Assembly: GCF_009914755.1 (NCBI RefSeq)
Contig: NC_060927.1
DNA: 64,000 nucleotides
Direction: 5' to 3' (one strand)
DNA from: the human T2T-CHM13v2.0 reference genome, Homo sapiens
Under the pieces are notes generated by a model, which ran no database searches, was not told the origin of the DNA, and saw only the letters and a list, made by a program, of their open reading frames with translations. The first letter of the stretch is position 1; each line of letters starts with the position of its first letter. The position numbers and the translations under genes are program-made. Shown piece by piece: positions 1 through 13,019 of this stretch.

Positions 1-17
1 TAATTTTAGAGGCCATG

Positions 18-135
18 TAAACATTCAAAATCTTTTCTTCTAGCTTTTTGAAAATGTGTACTAAATTTTGTTAACCATTTTCACCCTACAGTGCTACAGA
101 CCACTAGAGCACATTCCTGTCATCTAGCTGAACTT
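18..135 (-). mobile_element. L1MA-type LINE-1 3' end fragment
   Basis: 'aacattcaaaatcttttcttctagctttttgaaa...ttgttaaccattttcaccctacagtgc' resembles the antisense L1MA 3' UTR. Confidence 0.65.
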
Positions 136-289
136 CCTATCAGTTATGAGAGATATGGATACAGCTATTGTAATAGGCATTAAGGTCAGACTGACAACAA
201 GGATCTTCAGAAAATCAGAGCCTAGTGCTTTAGGGGTAGGAAGCATGAATTCCTAAGAATATAATTGAAAGTGATATAATGCCTTCAAT

Positions 290-1831
290 AGAATATCATC
301 CGTTAGTGACCAGTCAGTCTCTTGGTAGCAAGTTGATTGCATTCAACCTCCTATATACTCTGAAAAGACAATTCATCTCATTGGTATTGTAAAGTATTTA
401 CAATAAGGGTAGTTTTTCTGCCTAAAATACTTCAACCACCACCAAAGTCCAGGGATTCACAGAATATTGGATTTGTTGTCTTGAGATTATATATGGGGTT
501 GCCTTCACTTTCTGTTGAAAAATTTATGACAATAGGAACTTGACCATGGATTTACTAATCCCATCATGAACTGCACGCTTCGAAAGCTGCCAGCCAGACA
601 GAATTTTGGAATTGCTTCGTAGAGGCAGAGTTAGGGTTCTGACTTGGGCATGAGAACTCTGAGAATCTAGAACACTGTGCTTCAAAACAGGTAGAAAGCA
701 CAGGGCCAGAAACCAAGGGGTGAAGATAGGAGTGATGTATTTCACTTCCAGTTACTCTTTTGAGAATTTGTGCTTCCCATCCCTGCAACTCTAGGCTCTG
801 CTGAACTAGATGTCCTGGTTCCAGGGATGCAGGAGGTAGGCTTATATCAAGGAGCATAGAATAATTTCCACTAACCCTAGATCTGTTACTGCCACCTGGT
901 AATTTTAGTCTCCTAATACTAGTATACAGGCAAAGAAGAACATTACTAGACTGAGTAACTGTCGCTTATTAGCATTAGGAGATAGGGTTATTTTTATGTA
1001 ATAGGTTTAGGAAAGCGTACGTCAGGAACTCAGAAAATTTATGAGCACACTTCTTTAGGTGTCTGTAGTAGTCCATTCTCACATTGCTATAAAGAAATAC
1101 CTAAGAGTGGGTAATTTATAAAGGAAAGAGGTTTAACTGATCCACAGTTTTGCAGGCTGTACAGGAAGAATGATGCTGTCATATGTTTGGCTTCTGGGGA
1201 GGCCTCAAGAAACTCACAACCATGGTGGAAGGTGAAGAAAAACAGGCATGTCACATGGCCGGAGCAGGAACAAAAGAGTGTTGGGGGAGGCGCTACACAT
1301 TTTTAAATGATCGGGTCTCAGGAGGACTCACTCACTATCATGAGGACAGTACCAAGCCGGGGTTGGTGCTAAACCATTTATGAGAAATCTGCTGCTAGGA
1401 TCCAATCACCTTCCTTCCCCCCAGGCCCACCTCCAATATTGGGGATTATATTTTAATATGAAATTTGGACATGAACATACATGCAAACTACATCAGTGAC
1501 CATACCGAGTGATAAGTGTTTTAGGAACTATAGCCCCAGAAATGAAGGTATGAGTTGCCCCATGAACAAAAAGCAGCAAGAGTGAGTGGAACTCAGAGTG
1601 AAAGGCAGAAGGAAGTAATGAATATCAACTACAACATTACTAACAGTACAGTACAGTAATTAGTAACCCCAGCTATGGAACTATAACTTTTCTTCTAAGT
1701 CTTCTACTGTACACTTCTTTATTAGAAACTGGGACATGCTACCATATTGAAAAATCAGAGTCAGGAATAGAGGGTATTTAGAGAGTATTTAACTTGAGTC
1801 ATGAGTCACTTGACTAATATAAATGGTGGAT
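290..1831 (+). mobile_element. Degraded ERVL-class internal region (ERV3-16A3/HERV16-int-like; integrase-dUTPase end), split by an MST LTR
   Basis: 'tgtgcttcccatccctgcaactctaggctctgctg...ctgccacctggtaattttagtctcct' and 'gaaatgaaggtatgagtt' match ERVL 3' pol/dUTPase; ends in PPT-like 'aaatggtgga' abutting LTR16A; 5' boundary approximate. Confidence 0.7.
1064..1495 (-). mobile_element. MSTA (MaLR) solo LTR
   Basis: Full-length 'tgtagtagtccattctcacattgctataaagaaatacc...caaactacatca'; 5-bp TSD gtgtc (1059-1063) / gtgac (1496-1500). Confidence 0.92.
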
Positions 1832-2573
1832 TCTAGCACATGCTGTTGGTGCCGTGCCCGTATGTGCTTAATACTAACATCCTCCCCTGGAGGCTGCTTA
1901 CCATGATCAGCTGTGACCCTCTGCCTGACATGTTTTTTATTCTCCCATGGTAGCATGGCAATCCAGTGTGCAAAGGAAGGTAATTAAAGCTAGAGAGTAA
2001 ATGTCTCGAAAATAGTGCTCACCCTAGCATTGATAGATGATAAATGGTAAACAAATACTCCAGCTTCTTTGCCTCTCCATGTGGATAACTCTGAGACATA
2101 TTCTACCCTGCCTTTTAGAGTTCTTCAGTAGGGTTGAGCTCCAGCTATACATTGCAACTTTCTGGATAATGCCTCTTCATTGACTTGTATCCCTGCTTTA
2201 TAGATTCATGCTCTCAATTAAATAGCCTCAGATGAGTGGTAACAACTAAAATCTAAATTAATCAATTATTTTTATTTTTTGTGGCAACAAGTGATTTTTT
2301 TTCTCTCCCAGTTTTACCTGTTAGGCTAACAGTGTTACGTAATTTTTAATGGCTATTTCTATTTTCTCTCAAATATTTTCAAACTGTCTAGAAGTAATGT
2401 AACAGTAAGATTTTTATCACCACAACTGGTGGATACCTGGATCACTCCATTGCACATTTGTTAATACTTCTTAACTCTCCATGGATATTTCCTGGCATCA
2501 TGTCAGAAATAAAATATTTCACTGGAGTCCTTGGCCCAGAGTCTGCCTCTTTGGAATCCCAGACCAAGAAACA
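1832..2573 (+). mobile_element. LTR16A-like 3' LTR, interrupted at ~2184-2459 by a non-LTR duplicated segment
   Basis: 'ctagagagtaaatg...ggataactctgagacatattctac...gttgagctccagc' and 3' part 'tttcctggcatca...aataaaatatttcac...gagtctgcctctttggaatcccagaccaaga' match LTR16A. Confidence 0.8.
2184..2459 (+). repeat. Direct duplication, copy 1 (~275 bp)
   Basis: Aligns end to end with 3775-4048 at ~87% identity by hand count. Confidence 0.97.
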
Positions 2574-2612
2574 TATCTAATGAAAGGTAGATAACAAGAT
2601 GATGCCTGACCT

Positions 2613-2960
2613 CTATCAGTTAGATATGGGTTCATCTGTAAGTAATAGAAACCATACAAATGAAGGCTTAAATACACAATGCGTTGTGTGATATTACAAC
2701 AAATTTGAAAGTCTTCAACCCAGGGCTGTCACTAACTCTCAATTATGCCCACAAGGACCCAGACTCTTCCTCAGGCCTCCAAATACACGTTCTTTTGCCT
2801 CATGTCGCAAGAAGGCTGCCATATTTCTAGGCCTCACATCATTTTCCAGGCAGGAGGGAGTAGGAAGTGTTAAAGGGAAGAGACAGAATCAGCAGACTTA
2901 TGCTTCTCAGTGAGAACATATCCTACAAAAGGAATTTTGGAAAGTTGGAGTGTGAGCACT
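2613..2960 (-). mobile_element. Old MLT1 (J/K/L-type) LTR fragment
   Basis: 'tcagttagatatgggttcatctgtaagtaatagaaacc...aaggacccagactcttcc...caagaaggctgcc...ttccaggcaggagg'. Confidence 0.7.
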
Positions 2961-3155
2961 TGAGTTTATAGCTTTGTAGGCTCCATAGTAAAGGTCTGGA
3001 GAGACAGGATGAAAATAGGGGCTTAATCTATCAACCCACGGTGTATTATACGAATAAGCAGAATCAGAATTAAAAAAAAAATCTAAGTTCTAATTCAAAT
3101 ACCTTTTTCATTTTCCAAAGGAAAATTATAAATAGAAAGATTACAATGTTAGGCT

Positions 3156-3229
3156 ATAATATTGGAGTATTTTTAAAGCAATATAATATTGGAGTAAAAC
3201 AATATAATATTGGAGTATTTCTAAAACAA
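3156..3229 (+). repeat. Short tandem triplication of tataatattggagta
   Basis: Three copies of the 15-mer with short aaa(g)caa spacers. Confidence 0.9.
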
Positions 3230-3774
3230 AAGCATTTGAAGTAATTCACTGGATTTAGTTGTAAGGATTCACATGTTCTAATTATTAGTTCAAAAAGTAT
3301 ATATTAACGTATATAAAAGTATATATTATGTACCCTCCATGACATGACAGACGAGATTTCTGTTCTTCTTAAATGTCCATTCTGTGCGTTAACTCACTCA
3401 AACTGCCTGATTTGAAACAGAGTACCTGATGTTAACTTCGTCTTCCTTTGGACCATAAAAAATAAAATTACATCATAAAAATTTGCAATAATGTTTTTGT
3501 TATGATTGTAAGAATATTTTCACCCTCTTAATCACTGGAAAAACATCAATTTGTTTTTCTGATTCTTAAGTTTTATCAAGAAATTCCAAATAATTTCAGA
3601 AACATTATTTCTAAGTACAAAGATATCCAGAAACTTTAGCCTCAAAAACTGTAAATTGTTGAAAATTGTTAAAGCCCTAAATATTTTTAAAAAGCCAAGA
3701 ATCAGGAAATACCTTTTCCTGTTCATAGCCTTGAGCCACTAGCTAGATCCCCCACAGGCAATTGTTTGCCTTCT

Positions 3775-4048
3775 CTTGCATCTCTGCTTTGTAGAGTCAT
3801 GCTTCCAATTAAATAGTCTCAGATGAGTGCTGACAACTAAAATCTGAAGCATTCAATTATTTTTATTCTTTGTGGCAGCGAATGGTTTTTTCTCTGCCAG
3901 TTTTGTCTGTTAGGCTAACAGTCTTACATATTTTTTAATTGCTGTTTCTATTTGCTCTCATATATTTTCAAACAGCCTAGAAGTAATGTAACAGCAAGAT
4001 TTTTAACACCACAACTGGTGGACACCTGGGTCACTCCATTGCACATTT
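3775..4048 (+). repeat. Direct duplication, copy 2 (probable donor)
   Basis: Aligns to 2184-2459. Confidence 0.97.
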
Positions 4049-5035
4049 AGGACATTTAGGGAAATTTCCCAAGCTGTAGCAAAGCTATTTCTGTGTGCTC
4101 ACTCATTTCAGTCTGCAGCTTTTCTGAAGACCTTACATACATATATATATATATATTTCCCCCCCCCCCCGGGACATTTTTAATTTTTAAATACATAAAA
4201 TTTTAAAACCAAATTAAGTACAAAGTTATTAATAATATAGAATTTTATAATGACTTTTATTTTAGCAAGGACAGCATTTTTTTCTAATTGTGTCAATAGA
4301 ATATTCAAAATATATACTAAAATCATGAATAAATATTACTTCTGACAGTTTAACTTCTTAATCAATTCCAATAGTTAAAATTGATATTTTATATTTTTTG
4401 CATCCTTGATTTTTTTAAAATGTTAGTTTTATAGAAGTTTGAAGGAAAATACATAAATTGAACATATGGTGGCCTTAACTGGTAGATTCATATGGGTCAG
4501 AATCTGGTTCTTATCTTTCTTTTCAAGTATGTAGAAATTTAAACTTGTCGATGTCCAGGCTCCAATGAGGAAAAGCTAGTTTCTATGGACTAAATTCAGA
4601 GACCAGAATATATAAACTAGAAAATGGAATATATACCCTGGAATATATAAACCCATTAAAAGAGGTGTGCTGAGCTACTATTTGGCCTAATGAGAACTTT
4701 TTATCACTACAGGAAGGCAGCATGAAAACCAGGCTATCAAAAGCTTCTTGGAGAGCATAGAATATGAATAGGGAATTTAGTTATATGACATGAATATTTA
4801 TTGACAACATATTGTGAATGCGCTATTGACAGAAATACCTATAGAGATGCTTTTGAAAATTTGAGACAAATATTTCATTGCTGAAATTACTGGGTTACGC
4901 TACTAGTAATTGGGAAAAAGCAGGGATTCTAGAAATTCTGAAATTTAAGGGTGAGTCCACATAATGTATTTTCCTTCATTTTTCATGATTTTCAAACGCT
5001 CCATTGGACACTCGTTAAAAAAAAAAGACAACTCA

Positions 5036-5303
5036 TCTGTTGCAGTGGCTCATGTCAGTAATCCCAGCACTTTGGGATGCTGAGGCCAAATCACTTGAGC
5101 CTAGGAGTTTGAGACCAGCCTGTTCCTGTTTCTACAAAAAATTTAAAAAAATTAGCTGGGTGTGGTGCTACATGCCTGTGGATCTAGCTGCTTGAGAGGC
5201 TGAGGTAGGAGGATTACTTGGATGAGGCTGCAGTGAACTGTGATCACATCACAGAATACCAGCCTGGGCAATAGAGTGAGACCCTGTCTCAAAAAAAGTA
5301 AAA
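5036..5303 (+). mobile_element. AluJ (old, with internal deletions)
   Basis: Dimeric Alu with J diagnostics 'cacttgagcctaggagtttgagacc' and 'gaggctgcagtgaactgtgatc'. Confidence 0.92.
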
Positions 5304-5478
5304 TAGGAAAAAAATCAAGTCTGTGCATATAATCTAATTATAATTTATGTATTAGATCAAAGTGTTTTTTTCCTTCTTGATTTTAATATACAGTGAATAA
5401 TCCTGACATAAAACTAAAATATAAATCATGGGAAGAGTTTACCTTGTTGTATTCAAAACTTTACCAAAAGTTATTTAA

Positions 5479-5897
5479 AATGATAGACTGGATAAAGAAA
5501 ATGTGGCACATACACACCATGGAATACTATGCAGCCATAAAAAAGGATGAGTTCATGTCCTTTGCAGGGACATGGATGAAGCTGGAAACCATCATTCTCG
5601 GCAAACTAACTCAAGAACAGAAAAACCAAACACCTCATGTTCTCACTCAGAAGTGGGAGTTGAACAATGAGAACACATGGACACAGGAGGGGAACATCAC
5701 ACACTGGGGCCTGTCGGGAGTAGGGGGCTAGGGGAGGGATAGCATTAGGAGAAATACCTAATGCAGACGACCGGTTGATGGGTGCAGCAAACTGCCACAG
5801 CACATGTATACCTACGTAACAAACCTCCACATTCTGTACATGTACCCCAGAACTTAAAGTATAATAATAAAAAATAATAAAAAAAGAAAAAAGAAAA
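5479..5897 (+). mobile_element. L1PA7/8-like 5'-truncated LINE-1 (ORF2 C-terminus, 3' UTR, polyA)
   Basis: Translates to 'DWIKKMWHIHTMEYYAAIKKDEFMSFAGTWMKLETIIL'; G-rich 3' UTR; A-tail. Confidence 0.97.
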
Positions 5898-6917
5898 GCA
5901 TGTTACTGATGGCTATGCTTTGTGTCACCTACCTAAGTTACATACATTATTCAAAATGTGGATGTCCCTTGAAATTATTTAACATATTTGAAACTCTTTT
6001 TAATATATTTAGAAACAATATTATTAAATTTGCAAGCACAAAAGAAGTGCAAACATTTATATAATTTTGTTACCAATGCCAGCTTAAAAATAATTTATAT
6101 TGCCATTCTATACATTGCCATTATTTATATTTTTAATGCAGCAATGAAAACAATCTATGCTTTAAAAATAAAAATCAAAATTAGTTATAAATCTCTTTTG
6201 GTTTTATTCTACCTCTTCCTCATGTCTATCCACAACTTTTCTATAACCTCTTATATTATGGTTTATTCGTCCAATTCACCCTCCCATTATCTATTGAAAG
6301 TTACAGTTTCCAAAGTATAAGATACTTCCTAGATGAGATGGGGTTTCAAATTAGAATATCATATTGCTAAATTTTCTCCATAGTAATGGTCTATAATTTG
6401 TCTTGGCATATTCTCCCACTTTAATTAATGTTATTTACATTTTCTCGTAAACAAAAATAAGTCCACTGTATTATTGCTTATCATCACATCATTTTGTCTT
6501 TTAGTGCTCAACTGTACTTTCATTTTCTTGTCATTTATGTATCAAATGCCTCCTGATTTTACTTCACTTAAACCCGGACATTTATTTAAAAAGGAGGTGT
6601 TAGCATTAGTCAACTTCTGAAATCTGGTGTAGTTACATCTGCATATTGTATATTAATAATTTCTTATTTTGAATATTAGTAATTTCATCTTCTAGACTAT
6701 TATGTCTACACACATATAAATTTACAGACACAGAATAGTTCTATTAGCTAAAAATTTTATTTCCAATTATGCTATAGGACAAAGTTTAGCAACAGAAATC
6801 AATTGCTGGGTCTGTTAAGATTGAGAGCCACTGGCCTCAAGCATACTGCTTCTCAGTTTTTAACTACTGATCTAGCACAGTAAACTTAGATATCAATCCT
6901 TTCCAGCACCGTCTCTC

Positions 6918-7076
6918 ATGAACACTGTAAATAGGACATTGAGAACATTGAAAAAATAGATAGATAGATAGATAGGTAGATAGATAGATAGATAGATGAA
7001 CACTGTAAATAGGGCATTGAGAACATTGAAAAAATAGATGGATGGATGGATAGATAGATAGATAGATCGATCGATC
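6918..7076 (+). repeat. Compound (GATA)n/(GGAT)n STR duplicated together with its ~38-bp flank (period 78 bp)
   Basis: 'atgaacactgtaaatagg(a/g)cattgagaacattgaaaaaa' at 6918 and 6996, each followed by a tetranucleotide array. Confidence 0.97.
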
Positions 7077-8578
7077 TGTGGCAACGAACCAAAAGAGAAC
7101 AAAAGTGAACACATTCTTTCTTTAGCTATTTAAATACTATCCATCCTATTACAGTCATGTCTAGGCACTCTTAGCCTTTAATAATCTAATTTAATAATAC
7201 CTGTCTTTGATTTGTAAAGTAAAGGTATCAGTGGGCAACATATTTTTATTATTTGAATGTTTAAGGAGAACACTGTGCTGTCACCTTCATTTACAAACTA
7301 CAAATAAATTTTATTCATTTCTCATGTGTTCTACTTGAACCTTCTTTTAAATCTGTCATCCTTCCCATCTCCTCCATGAAAAAAAAAATCATTCCTTCCA
7401 CAATTAAAGAAAATCACCATTAAGTTGAAAATACCCTAACCTGCCTCTTCAGGAACATTTTGATGTACTCCTATGTTTTGTCTGAAAGTCTAAGGATGAA
7501 GGTTGGTGAGCAAGCAAGGTGTGATGACATAAGCAGAACAAACTACATAAAGGGAAATACATTGTTACCTTTGCATTCAAGGTCAATTGTATTTAAATTT
7601 AATTTAGTATTTCATGCGAACATATGGATCTCTAACTTCTTTAGTTTGATGTTTGAATTCCCTCATTCCACAAATTTTTATTGCACATATATTGCATTTT
7701 TGAAAATGATTCTTAGGATCCCTTTGAGGCATAAAATTCTGTAATTCCATATATATAAAATATCTGCCTTTTATAGTATACAAATTGATTTCTAATAGGC
7801 TATAATTGTTTCACACAGATCATCCAAAGTCCAGCTACCACAATATGTCTGGATTGAATCTTAAGGATTCTTCCTGTTATTCATGTAAGTACACAGCATG
7901 TATGTAGGTGTAAGCAATACTGTATGCATACAGCCAATTGTACAGTAAAATATACACACAATTTATATACATGAAAATATAATTACAAAAATATGTTTTC
8001 ATCTAAATTGTAAGTGAAACAGCTTATTTAATATGAATTAAATGATTTCAGAATCAATAGTTTTTCTGGGAAAAATATACTTTTAAAATCGTTTCAAAAT
8101 GTGTTTGAAGGCTCTGGTGTTCTTTCAAACGTGAAGAACACACAGCACACACAAATCAGTCAGTTTTATTAGCCAAGGAACTTCTAATGCCTGAACTGCC
8201 CTAAAAATTAACCTATTGTCATTGTATACACATCCGCACAATCGAACTAAAATTTCCACCGGAATTAGTTGATTAGTGTTGGTTGAATTAGTCCCTCCAT
8301 TTCATTTGTGGTAGCAGGCACATTTTCCTGTATGCTGTGTGATTGACAGACTTAGTTGATGGAACAAGGAGCAACCAGTCCTCTTACATCTCTTTAGCCT
8401 GAGGCATCCTCACTTCCCATCTCCATGCTGTTTCTTTTTTTGGGGTTAGGGGGAGACCTGCTTCCCAGAATGCTCATGATGTTCACTAATAATATCAGGA
8501 GCTTGAAACCCTCTTTCTACATTCCCTTCTCTCAGGGGAGCACTATGATTTACACACCTTGTGCCTTGAAGGACTGGA

Positions 8579-8620
8579 AGAGAGATAGAGAGAGAGAGAG
8601 AGAGAGTGAGAATGAGAATG
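8579..8620 (+). repeat. (AG)n microsatellite
   Basis: agagatagagagagagagagagagagtgagaatgagaatg. Confidence 0.9.
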
Positions 8621-10520
8621 GAATGCTGTATGTTCATTAATGAGGTTATTCCAGTTTTAGAGTCCCTGTGGCAGGCAGAATTTGAGGAAGGAGAAAAGGA
8701 GAAAGCTTAGTTGTAATATAGTGCCTGACAAATGACAAGCACTCAACAAGTAGGTTGATAAATCACAGGTTGCTTAGGTCACATTTACAAATATCGGTGT
8801 TCTCTTGGAAAAGACCTCTTAAACACCAACAATACTTAAATACTACCCTACATTGGGATGACTCCAAAAAACGTCAAAGCCCACAGTAAATACTCTCTTT
8901 GCATTAATAAGGAGGGAAGCTGCAACAAGTAGCAGGCATCCAAATCTCAATTAGGCTTCTAATGTGCTTGACTTGCCTTGTGATTGAGAGTTTGAAAACC
9001 TCAGGAGAGGAAGAAAAATGGTTTATGTAATTTCCATTGGCCTTCACTGCAGCCACATAGGTTGCCATCTAAATCAACTCGCTGTTGGCAGTCGCTGAGA
9101 CCAGCAGTGGATTGACTGTATTCAGACGTATGTGTCATGTTATGGCAATGGAATTAAGGGAACAATATACCCTGGCAATTGTAATAGACTTTTGCATTAA
9201 AGTCAAGAACACACAACGCTCTATTACATCCCTGAAAGTATTTACAAATGACTTAAGTTGGAACACATTATTCTTTCCACAAAATGCAATAAATGTTATT
9301 TCATCATGTCTTGTAAGATTTTACAACCTTCAAAAGCGTTAATGTCCAATGGTTGATTGGTTTTATGCTTTTGCTGGCCAACTCATATTTTTTAGGTCTA
9401 ATAATTTTCAGGGGCAGTGCTGAGATTTCAGAGCATAAAGTATTTTTAAGATAGGAAAAGAAAGATAAAGATCCAAAAGGAAGTTTGCCAAAAAACATAT
9501 ATTGTCTATTTCACCAGAGACATCTCGCCAGTGTGACACAAAAGAAAAATACCCCATATTGGTGTATTGTTTCAAGGCATATATAATCATAATGCCACAT
9601 CTAACTCCCCTTTCCCTGATCTTGATATGTTAGCAACGTTCCAGTCAATAAGTTACTGAAGGACCGTTTCATTACCCGGCATTAGCCTCAGAGGTAGCAG
9701 AAGATGCTGTCCTCTATTTTGAGGGGAACATGAGATAGATCCAAGGACATTAATTTGATGGTGAAACATTTCACCCAAGTTCTTCCAACAAAATGGGCAA
9801 CGCACCATGTCATTACCTGTTGCCTGAAAAAGAGATAAAAACTCTCCAAAATGACTCTTCTTCCACCTCAACAATCTAACTCCCAACAAATTACACTGCT
9901 ATAAAAAGAATGACTAATTATGCTTCCACTAGGTACTATAAAGTGTCCAATTATGGGTCTAATTAGAAGGGAAGGGCATAAAGTAATGGGTCTTTATTTA
10001 GAAATGTTGTTATTCTCAGGACACCCTTTAAAGTGGTTTCTGTGTTTTGTTTTATGTATTACATTTATTCTACCTTTCTACAACGTGCTCAGATTTATCT
10101 CAATAGGACAGCATCTGTCACATCTTGCATATTGCTTTAATTTGATTGTCCCTGACCCCTTAGGCAAATACAGACAGGTGGAAAACATACTGGCTATTTC
10201 ACACAACATCTGTAGTCACTTTAGCCAGTCTTTCTTTATGGCTTGTCACAGCATGGGGGGTTGAGGGGAGGGCTGCAGAAATGAAACTGCTTCCCTCTCA
10301 TTGTAGCAAGGAGAGAAAAGCAGGTGGAATTCCACCCTCTGTTTGCTGGAACAGCTCTGTAATAATGCTTAGCATTTACAAATGCAGGCTGGGAACAGCT
10401 ACCTGGATACTGGACCAGTTTTTAAAAGTTGGGGAAAAAGGGAGAAAAAATCAGCAATGGACAGGGTTCAATTAAGTCATTGTCTTTATTCTGTAACTTA
10501 AAGGAGTTTAATAAATGACC

Positions 10521-10579
10521 ATACACAGAAACACACACACTCATACACACACTCACACACTCACACACACACTCACACA
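10521..10579 (+). repeat. Interrupted (CA)n microsatellite
   Basis: acacacacactcatacacacactcacacactcacacacactcacaca. Confidence 0.9.
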
Positions 10580-11184
10580 TTGATGTACACAGTGTCTTTA
10601 GCAGCAATTTGATGTGATTAATGAGGCTGCTCTGGCATGTCTTGAGGACAGCGTATTAGTCACAGTTAATGACTCTTGCATAGCCGACTCAAAGAGCAAT
10701 ATATCCTTATTAAATGTTGCTATCATAAAGTTGGAATCGACTTCAAAATATTCTATGGTCAATGACCCTATTTCCAATATTGGTGAAGGGACACACCCCA
10801 AAATAGCTGGGATGGATAGACTTTTTAAAAGTTATAATTAAGCAAGACAAAACAAGAGTGTAGTTTCTCCAAATGCCCTTCATGACAGTTCTGGCCTATA
10901 ATCATTATTTAAGCGAAGAAATCTTAACTTGCAAACGAATTTTTACTTTAATCCTTGTCAATTTCCTGTTGTGTAGACAACAATAGAAGCAGAGAAAAAT
11001 TGCTCGGCTATCTTATATACACACTTAGTATACTTGGAGACGCTTGTTAAATGATCCTCTTGCCTTCTTTGCTATAAAATTTAAAAAGTTAATTTTGCTC
11101 CCGGGAATTAATTTTCATCTTTTAAAGTGAGTCTTTTATTATTGTTTAAAAAAATTTTTTTTGAACCTTCTAATTTAATGTCTC

Positions 11185-11367
11185 CAAAGTGTAGGGAGAA
11201 AGCTACCTCTATCATCTAGGGAAGAAATACCTAGTGTTCTTAAAAACTAAGATTCGCGGGCACCCTCATCTATCCAATCAGAATGTCTGTGGCTAAGGCC
11301 CAGACTCTGCATTTTAGCAGGAATCCTGAAAGACCCTTATGCATATGTTTGAGCATCAGCACTCTAG
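11185..11367. mobile_element. MER5-type hAT-Charlie MITE
   Basis: 'aatcagaatgtctgtggctaaggcccagactctgcattttagcagg...cttatgcatatgtttgagcatcagcactctag'. Confidence 0.7.
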
Positions 11368-12419
11368 TTTCTCTTTAATTAAATCACCCAGCTATCTTTT
11401 CTGCAAGGCACAGAAAATATATTATCTCTAGCAGTAAACTTCAATTTCATCATATCACCTATTCTATATATCTAAGTTTAATCAAAAGTTAAACATGGCC
11501 CTTCCAATCTATTTATATCCCCTACAGCGATTCCTCAATTGTTCATCAACCATTTTTCTAAAAGTATTTCACCTTTTTCTTGTATGTTCTCCTAATTTGA
11601 CTGTAAGGAGATTCCTATTAGTCTTGTCTTTTTCCTCAGGCCCCATATTTTCTATATTTCTTATTTCCTTTCCTTTACACACACCTTTTATACTTTTGAA
11701 ATGACTTTTTTCCTCTTTCCTTTACATATCTTAGCTACCTGGCCTGTCTAAGTTAAGATCCATTTTATACCACGAGTTCTTTTAAACCGCACCAACCAAT
11801 TGTGGCTGAGCAGTTACTGAGCTTATAATCAAATCACTATTTGATAGTCAATATTCTGTAACCTGAAAAAAGGACCTGCATTTCATGTGTGTTTATACTT
11901 AACTAATTTCTATAAATATATTCACTTATTCTTTTTATTGGCAAATAATAATTGTATATATTTATGGGGTAAAACATGATGCTTTGAGTTAATATTTAAA
12001 TTATTCATAAATTTGTGTCATCACACCATTATGTTTTGATTTTCTGTTTTTCAAGTATTTAATATTTGGGGCCATATCCTATACAACTTTCTTAAAAGAT
12101 CCCAGCATAATTATTTGCATACATTTCCCATCCAGTATAGACCCTTTGTCTATGTAGACCTTCTAGAGTATACACAAGATCTTCTAGAGTATACACCCAC
12201 TGAGGAAATATCATCAAAATCAGTCTTACTTATTTAAAGGTTAAGATATCATTTTTATATTAACATTTCAGAACATGTTGTTTACAGCCACTCCTTCCCT
12301 TCCAGTTTCATCCTAGTCATTTTCTGCTTAATCTACTGCTTCCTGGTTTCAAGTCTTACCATTATCTCAACACCACTTTCCCAAAAACTGCCTAGATTTA
12401 TACTAAACTTAAAATCTGA

Positions 12420-12740
<321 letters not shown>

Positions 12741-13019
12741 GATCTTCAGTCATTTTTGATCACTTTTAATATTTACTGTCGGTGACCATCTTTAAATTTC
12801 ACCTTAACTTTGCTTATGCTTTATTTCTGTACCTTGTATCTTGGCTTTGATTCTTCCATTTATTAGAGTCTGACTGCGGGTTTAACCCAATGTTGAGTGA
12901 GTTCCTACATTGTGTATGCTTTTTTCTCCACTCCCTTGGAGAGCAGGATATATTTCTGTGGTTCCTGTGAACATTTAACCAAAAAACTCCAGGTGTTTTC
13001 CTTCAGTTGTGGCCTTTCT

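Noticed and set aside
5393-5731. 112-aa ORF with real protein-like sequence
   Set aside because: It is the L1 ORF2 C-terminus of a truncated L1PA, not a host gene.
6918-7076. Repeat-spacer-repeat layout superficially like a CRISPR array
   Set aside because: Only two units, the spacers are microsatellite, and the context is a primate genome with no cas genes.
10614-10841. 75-aa ORF with balanced composition
   Set aside because: No recognisable domain or splice context; starts at GTG; length is expected by chance.
12160-12196. cttctagagtatacac repeated twice
   Set aside because: Real but an ordinary small slippage duplication with no further structure.
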